Part shown: in pieces, positions 58,439 through 64,000 of the stretch
Layout: each line of letters begins with the position of its first letter
Numbering within the stretch: the first letter of the stretch is position 1
The notes under the pieces: generated by a model
Databases searched by the model: none
Told to the model about the DNA's origin: nothing
Seen by the model: the letters and a program-made list of their open reading frames with translations, nothing else
Position numbers and translations under genes: made by a program
NCBI GenBank assembly: GCA_963662435.1
Contig: OY759598.1
Coordinates: 1,272,507 to 1,336,506 of the forward strand
Length of the DNA stretch: 64,000 nt
Reading direction: 5' to 3'
From: Dehalococcoidia bacterium
Lineage (GTDB): Bacteria > Chloroflexota > Dehalococcoidia > Lucifugimonadales > VXLM01

Positions 58439-59659
58439 TTGAACGCCGGAACCCTAGAATCTCCACCCTCCCCGACACCCGCATCACCCCGTCGGCTGGT
58501 TGAGATACTTCTCGTCGCATTCCGCCTGGGCCTGACCTCCTTCGGCGGTCCGATAGCCCACCTCGGCTACTTCCGGGAAGAGTACGTCGTCGCCCGCAAG
58601 TGGCTCGACGAGCGCTCCTACGCCGACCTCGTTGCCCTGTGCCAGTTCCTCCCCGGCCCCGCCAGCAGCCAGCTCGGCATCGCCGTTGGCATCACCCGTG
58701 GCGGACTACTCGGAGGCATCGCCGCTTGGCTTGGCTTCACCTTGCCCTCCGCCGCACTGCTCATCCTCTTCGCCTACGGCGTCACCGAGTTCGACGATCT
58801 CGTCACTGAGGGCTGGCTGAGAGGCCTCAAGACCGTCGCCGTCGCCGTCGTCGCCTTAGCCGTCTGGGGCATGGCAAAGAACCTCGCCCCCGACAAGCAG
58901 CGCGCCACCATTGCCGTTGTCTCCGGCATCGCCCTCCTATTCTGGCACCACCCCGTCGCCAACATAGCCGTCATCGCCGTCGCCGGACTCGTCGGCTGGC
59001 GTCTCCTCCGCGACCAATCCGACTCAGACGATTCACCTACACAAGAAATCTCCATCAGCCGCTGGCTCGCCCTTACGTGCCTCGCCGTCTTCCTCATCCT
59101 CCTGATCGGGACTCCAATAATTCGCCAGGCCGCCGAGACCGAATGGCTGAACATCTTCGATGGTTTCTACCGCAGCGGCTCCCTCGTATTCGGCGGAGGC
59201 CACGTCATCCTGCCCCTCCTCCAGGCCGAGGTCGTCCCGCAGGGCTGGGCCACCAAAGACCAGTTCATCGCGGGCTACGGCGCGGCTCAGGCCGTCCCCG
59301 GTCCCCTGCTCACCTTCTCTGCCTACCTCGGAACCGTCAACGGCGGCTGGACGGTCGGCCTCTTCGCCCTCGGCGCAATCTTCCTCCCGTCATTCCTCCT
59401 CGTCATCGGCATCCTCCCATTCTGGGACAACCTGCGGTCCCACTCAGGCTTCCGCGCCGCCCTTATGGGAATCAACGCCGCCGTCGTCGGACTCGTCGGC
59501 GCCGCCCTCTACGACCCCGTCTGGACAACCGCCATCACCTCACGCGAAGACCTCGCCCTCGGTGCCGCCGCCTTCGGCCTCCTCGCCTTCTGGAAATGGC
59601 CCCCCTGGCTCGTCGTCCTCCTCTCGGCGGCGGGAGGAGCCGGGCTGTCAATGCTATGA
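58439..59659 (+). CDS. chrA: Chromate efflux transporter
   Basis: LGLTSFGGP, QFLPGP, SLVFGGG and QAVPGP. Confidence 0.93.
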   Translation: MNAGTLESPPSPTPASPRRLVEILLVAFRLGLTSFGGPIAHLGYFREEYVVARKWLDERSYADLVALCQFLPGPASSQLGIAVGITRGGLLGGIAAWLGFTLPSAALLILFAYGVTEFDDLVTEGWLRGLKTVAVAVVALAVWGMAKNLAPDKQRATIAVVSGIALLFWHHPVANIAVIAVAGLVGWRLLRDQSDSDDSPTQEISISRWLALTCLAVFLILLIGTPIIRQAAETEWLNIFDGFYRSGSLVFGGGHVILPLLQAEVVPQGWATKDQFIAGYGAAQAVPGPLLTFSAYLGTVNGGWTVGLFALGAIFLPSFLLVIGILPFWDNLRSHSGFRAALMGINAAVVGLVGAALYDPVWTTAITSREDLALGAAAFGLLAFWKWPPWLVVLLSAAGGAGLSML

Positions 59660-59767
59660 TCCCAAGTAACATCGACCACACCCTGAAGGTTCCGGCAGGG
59701 GCACGTTTCGGACCTGTCCATTGCACAGCCATCCGCCGCCTCGAAGAACAAGAGAGGAGCACGATCC

Positions 59768-60616
59768 ATGAACACTGATGCCGTTCGGGCCTACTATGCC
59801 GGCATCGGTGAGCGAGAGTGGGCAAGACTCGAGAATCCGGACGATGGCGCAATCGAGTTTGAAGTTACCAGTCAGGTGCTCTCCACATACCTGCCGCCTC
59901 ACGCACGGGTACTTGATATTGGTGGTGGACCTGGCCGCTACACCATCTGGCTGGCGCAACAAGGCCATCACGTAGCTCTCGCCGATCTCTGTCCTGAGCT
60001 ACTATCCATAGCTCGTACAAAGATTAGCCAGGCCGGGGCGGATAAATTGGTTGAGGAAGTCATCGAAGCCGACGCCCGCGACCTAACTCACTGGGCCGAC
60101 AACTCATTCGATGCGGTGCTCAGTCTGGGACCGTTCTACCATCTTCCTGATCCCAACGACCGGAATCGTGCCGCCGCCGAACTGCGCCGCGTTCTTCGTG
60201 CTAATGGCACTGCGTTCGTGGCGCTAATGCCACGATACGCCTTCCTGCGACGCACCTTGGCTATTCCGGACGAGCGCCACCACTTGGCTCAGCCGGACTT
60301 CATTGAGCGTGTGCTAAACGAGGGAGTGTTTATCAATGACGTGCCGGGCCGGTTTGCGGATGGCTATGGAGTCTTGCCCGAAGAGGTGTCTCCCTTCTTC
60401 GAACGTCATGGCTTCACAACGCTGGCCCTATTGTCGGCAGAAGGCATGGCAGTAAACAGCCAAGGGTCGCTCTCCGAATTGTCGACGACCGATCCAACGG
60501 CCTATCAAGCGGCCTTGGCTATGATCATGCAGACTGCCGGTGACCCCAGCATCTTGGGGATGGCCAACCATCTCCTGTATGTCGGAAGGCTTGCGGACGC
60601 GTCATCGGAAACATGA
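59768..60616 (+). CDS. Class I SAM-dependent methyltransferase
   Basis: EWARL, VLDIGGGPGRY and GPFYHL. Confidence 0.88.
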   Translation: MNTDAVRAYYAGIGEREWARLENPDDGAIEFEVTSQVLSTYLPPHARVLDIGGGPGRYTIWLAQQGHHVALADLCPELLSIARTKISQAGADKLVEEVIEADARDLTHWADNSFDAVLSLGPFYHLPDPNDRNRAAAELRRVLRANGTAFVALMPRYAFLRRTLAIPDERHHLAQPDFIERVLNEGVFINDVPGRFADGYGVLPEEVSPFFERHGFTTLALLSAEGMAVNSQGSLSELSTTDPTAYQAALAMIMQTAGDPSILGMANHLLYVGRLADASSET

Positions 60617-60687
60617 TGCACTCTGGCGTGTCTCTCCGCCTCCCACACGCTCAAACGAGTTCTTCAAACACCTGTACAGTGAATACA

Positions 60688-60713
60688 CGTTCGCCCTGAG
60701 CCAGTCGAAGGGC
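60688..60713 (+). repeat. CCTGAGCC.GTCGAAGG REP-like element (copy 3 of 3)
   Basis: CGTTCGCCCTGAGCCAGTCGAAGGGC. Confidence 0.8.
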
Positions 60714-60823
60714 AATCCTTCGCCAACTCAAAGGACTGTAGGAAAGTCTCAAAGTCCTGCCCCCTCCCCCGTTTTCGTCTATAATCACCCGACCAATCCC
60801 ACGATTCAATTCAAGGGGGCACC

Positions 60824-62881
60824 ATGGACAACTCACCACCAACAATCACCGCAACCAAGATAGCTCCCCCACCCGACTGGGCACTCCTGCAACGCCAACT
60901 CTTCGACATCATCGCGCGCGCTGGTGACGTCGCCACCGAGAAGTACGCCAGGCCCGACGGCCGCGTCTACCACTTCTTCGACGTCGACGACGCCTACGAG
61001 AGCCGCTCCATGCGCGGGATCTACTACGCTCTCGGCGGACCGCGTCGCTTCCTTGACATCGCCAAGCGCGAGTGGGACGCCATCACCTGGCTCTACAGCG
61101 AGGAGCGGCAACTCACGGACGAAGACCCCAATCACCCCATGTACATGCCGCAGCTCCGAAACGAGTACTGGAACCTCGACATCCCCTTCAACGCCGACTG
61201 GTTCCACATGGGCGAGGGCAACCAGATGCTCTACGACTTCGGCGTCGCAGACCCGACCAACCCCTCAAATCGCGAACGCGCCCGCAAGTTCGCCGCTATG
61301 TACATAGGCGAGGACCCCGACGCGCCCAACTGGGATCCTGAGTACAAGATCTTCAGGTCGCCTCTGCACGGCGGGGCCGGTCCCATGACCTCCGTGAGGC
61401 AGCACAAAGCAATAGTCCACACCGACGGCAACGAGTCGGACTACGTTCATCTCGTCCGCCACTGGCTCGACCCAAGGTCACTGGGCGACTTTGGTCACCG
61501 CGGCACCATGGAGGACAACCCCAGCACGGAGCCTCTACTCCCACACTTCCTCTATCCGAGGGTCAAGGAACTCGAACCCCGGTGGTACGAGGACGACGCC
61601 CGCCGCGAGGAGATACTCGACATCTTCGACGAGATGGTCCTCCAGGGCGACGAGCCTAGCAACCTCTGCGCCACCGCTCTCGTGACGAACGCCTACCTCT
61701 ACACCGGCGACGAAAAGTACAAGAAGTGGGTGCTCGACTACGTGCAAAGCTGGATCGACCGCATCGAGGCCAATGGCGGCATCATCCCCGACAACGTCGG
61801 TCCCACCGGCGTAGTGGGCGAGGCCCGCGACGGGCAGTGGTGGGGCGGCCTCCATGGCTGGAGCGCCAGTGAGCGCGCCATCGACCGCCTCTTCCTCGGC
61901 CTCATCATCGGCGCTGAGTGCGCTCACCTGCTCAGCGGCGGCGACGATTCCTACCTTGAACTTCTGCGTTCACAGGTCCACGTACTCATGGAGAACTCCA
62001 TTGAATCGGGCAACGAGAGCCGCTGCATGGTGGCGCCTACCAGCCATGGTGCCGACGGCTGGGCGACATACGGCGACTTCAGCATCCGTGGCGGTCCTCC
62101 ACACCTCACGCATCTGCACCACGCCTCGATGTCCGATGGAGACTATGATACCGTCACCCGCGTCCGAGACCGTTGGATGAACGGCGGTGGAGACGACTGG
62201 AATGACATTGAGCCGACCGGCGACCGCGGTGGCGCCCGGACGGAGTACTCCCGGTTCCAGTACTACGACGGCAAGAACCCCGACTGGCCCGTCCGGACCA
62301 TGAATGCCGACTACATTCAGGTGGCCGACTACATCGAGGCTATGGAGCGCGACACCCGCACAGTCCAGGAGATCATCGACGACAACAACTGGCCTCCCAA
62401 TCCCGTTATCGTCAAGGCACTCATCCAGACGACCATGGGATCGCCCGCGCCGCTGTACAACGGCGGCATCCTCCGCGCGACCGTCCGCTACTTCGATGCC
62501 TGCGAGCAACGTCCGGGACTCCCGCCCGATGTGTCCGCCCTAGTCGACGACCTTTCGGCAAACAGGGTCTGCATCCAGCTCGTCAACACGAGCAGCAGCG
62601 AGAAACGCTCCCTGATCGTCCAGGCGGGCGCCTTCGGCGAGCATTCATTCACCGACGTGTCCTTCGACGAGACGTCCTACAGCTACACCGGCATCAATCC
62701 CGGCCTCCGCACCCGCGCCGAACAGACCACTGGCTGTTCATCGACATCCGTAAACGGCAAGCACTTCTCCGTCGAGCTCCCGCCGATGACCTCCGTCCGC
62801 CTCGAATGCGGCCTCGACCGCTTCTCCAACGACCCCAGCTACGCCTTCCCCTGGCACGGCGACTCAGTTCCAATCGAGTAG
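60824..62881 (+). CDS. Uncharacterised ~685-aa protein, paralogue 3
   Basis: Same motif series. TATAAT at about 60780 upstream. Confidence 0.88.
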   Translation: MDNSPPTITATKIAPPPDWALLQRQLFDIIARAGDVATEKYARPDGRVYHFFDVDDAYESRSMRGIYYALGGPRRFLDIAKREWDAITWLYSEERQLTDEDPNHPMYMPQLRNEYWNLDIPFNADWFHMGEGNQMLYDFGVADPTNPSNRERARKFAAMYIGEDPDAPNWDPEYKIFRSPLHGGAGPMTSVRQHKAIVHTDGNESDYVHLVRHWLDPRSLGDFGHRGTMEDNPSTEPLLPHFLYPRVKELEPRWYEDDARREEILDIFDEMVLQGDEPSNLCATALVTNAYLYTGDEKYKKWVLDYVQSWIDRIEANGGIIPDNVGPTGVVGEARDGQWWGGLHGWSASERAIDRLFLGLIIGAECAHLLSGGDDSYLELLRSQVHVLMENSIESGNESRCMVAPTSHGADGWATYGDFSIRGGPPHLTHLHHASMSDGDYDTVTRVRDRWMNGGGDDWNDIEPTGDRGGARTEYSRFQYYDGKNPDWPVRTMNADYIQVADYIEAMERDTRTVQEIIDDNNWPPNPVIVKALIQTTMGSPAPLYNGGILRATVRYFDACEQRPGLPPDVSALVDDLSANRVCIQLVNTSSSEKRSLIVQAGAFGEHSFTDVSFDETSYSYTGINPGLRTRAEQTTGCSSTSVNGKHFSVELPPMTSVRLECGLDRFSNDPSYAFPWHGDSVPIE

Positions 62882-62913
62882 GAGCCGCGCCCCTGGGTGC
62901 ACATCCCGTATAT

Positions 62914-62942
62914 GCAGAGGCGGGTTTCAAACCCGCCCCGAC
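62914..62942 (+). repeat. GTAG-like REP hairpin
   Basis: GCAGAGGCGGGTTTCAAACCCGCCCCGAC. Confidence 0.6.
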
Positions 62943-62985
62943 CCCACCCATTCGAAAACAGCCTTCGTGCCTCCTTCCACCAGTC

Positions 62986-64000
62986 ATTCCTCTGAAAATA
63001 GGCTCATCAGGCAGCCTGGACAGTGACCTTGTACCCTAATCGTTCAATTCTTCTGACAGATGAATCGACTACGTAGTGGTGGGCACGTGTGTCGAAGTAG
63101 TTTGCTCCGAGTTCGACGTATTGAGTGCCGCGTTCAAGCATGTGATAGATCGAGACGATGAGCGAGTGAGCCAAGGCAAGAACGGCCCGCTTGCTTCCCC
63201 GACGGGCTGCGAGTCGACGGTACTGAGCAGTTGAATACGTATCCTTGCTCCGGGCAGCAGACCAGGCGGCTTGTACAAGGGCCTTTGTCAGCCAGTTGTT
63301 GCCATGCCGTGTTCGTCCGCTGCCGCGCTTGCCGGCACTCTCATTGTTCCCAGGACACAGACCCGCCCACGAAGCCAGATGTGATGCTGACGGAAAGCGA
63401 CTCATATCCGTGCCTATCTCAGCCAACACCTCTTCGGCGATCCGACGCCCCACGCCGGGAATCCCATCGAGCAGGCCTATCTGCTCTTCTAAAGGGACCA
63501 TCCGCTCTGAGACCTCCCGATTCAACTCATCTATCTCCGCGTCTAGGAAGTCGAGATGACTCAACTGGCTTCTGAGCATCATGCGCTGATGATCGGACAT
63601 CAGCGCCGCCAGCGCCTGTTCGAGAGCGTCCTGCTTGTTGCGGAGCCTTCCCCTAGCCAACTGCGCCAACTGTTCGGGATCATCGACTCCTCTGACCATT
63701 GCATCAAGCATGGCCCGCCCACTGACGCCAAGTATGTCGGTGGCGACCGATGAGAGCTTGACGTTGCCGCCTTCAAGCACCTTCTGAATACGATTGACGA
63801 CTCGCGACCGTTCCTCAATCATGCTGCGGCGGTATCGAGTCAACTCCCGCAACTCCCTCTGAGGACGGTCGGGAATAAAGCTGGCCCTCAGCAGGCCGTG
63901 CCGCAGAAGAGAGGCTATCCACTCTGCGTCTTTGACATCGGTCTTTCGGCCCGGAACCGTCTTGATGTGCCGAGCGTTGACCACCATCACCTCGAAATCG
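62986..64000 (-). mobile_element. IS110-family element, copy 2 (runs off the window end)
   Basis: By eye identical to 21286-22300 at offset 41,700. Junction CAGTC-ATT-CCTCTGAAAAT. Confidence 0.93.
63007..64000 (-). CDS. IS110 transposase, 3' part
   Basis: Translation identical to the corresponding part of copy 1. Confidence 0.93.
   Translation of the reverse strand, partial: DFEVMVVNARHIKTVPGRKTDVKDAEWIASLLRHGLLRASFIPDRPQRELRELTRYRRSMIEERSRVVNRIQKVLEGGNVKLSSVATDILGVSGRAMLDAMVRGVDDPEQLAQLARGRLRNKQDALEQALAALMSDHQRMMLRSQLSHLDFLDAEIDELNREVSERMVPLEEQIGLLDGIPGVGRRIAEEVLAEIGTDMSRFPSASHLASWAGLCPGNNESAGKRGSGRTRHGNNWLTKALVQAAWSAARSKDTYSTAQYRRLAARRGSKRAVLALAHSLIVSIYHMLERGTQYVELGANYFDTRAHHYVVDSSVRRIERLGYKVTVQAA

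Noticed and set aside
62945..62965. ATTCGAAAACAGCC as another mini-element end upstream of IS copy 2
   Set aside because: The spacing does not fit ATT-N5-GAAAAT, and no matching ATTTTCAT...CATG end follows.
21286..64000. 41.7-kb composite transposon between the two direct IS110 copies
   Set aside because: The interval holds core genes (tRNA-Leu, cmk, plsC, glmS, aconitase), and each copy has its own target-core junction.

Overview
GC-rich bacterial chromosomal window. The gene content (LLM flavin monooxygenase, several SDRs, PhyH-HEAT dioxygenase, Pro/Thr-rich lipoprotein protease, expanded orphan paralogue families) suggests SAR202-like Chloroflexota/Dehalococcoidia; this is an inference. 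It mixes housekeeping genes (secD, tRNA nucleotidyltransferase, def, map, cmk, plsC, glmS, aconitase, ferredoxin, tRNA-Leu(TAA)) with catabolic accessory genes, a small toxin-antitoxin cluster, four REP-like palindrome families and two apparently identical IS110 copies 41,700 bp apart. The most striking structure is at 21281-23010. A GTCATTCC...GGAAT REP hairpin is split at its ATT core by a tandem array of one full IS110 plus two non-coding mini-elements (150 and 95 bp). Each mini-element has IS110-like ends and carries a REP hairpin. The IS110 non-coding end folds into a two-loop bridge-RNA-like structure whose guides can be read against the junctions. The target guide matches the junction created by a different element (GTC-ATT-GGTAC), and the unit ends alternate CCTCT / GGTAC / CCTCT. 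This suggests reciprocal RNA-guided targeting that builds polarised arrays. Also notable are three ~660-aa paralogues of an unknown enzyme family, an ATC-initiated dppB, a probable CC-adding enzyme and an atypical ureohydrolase.
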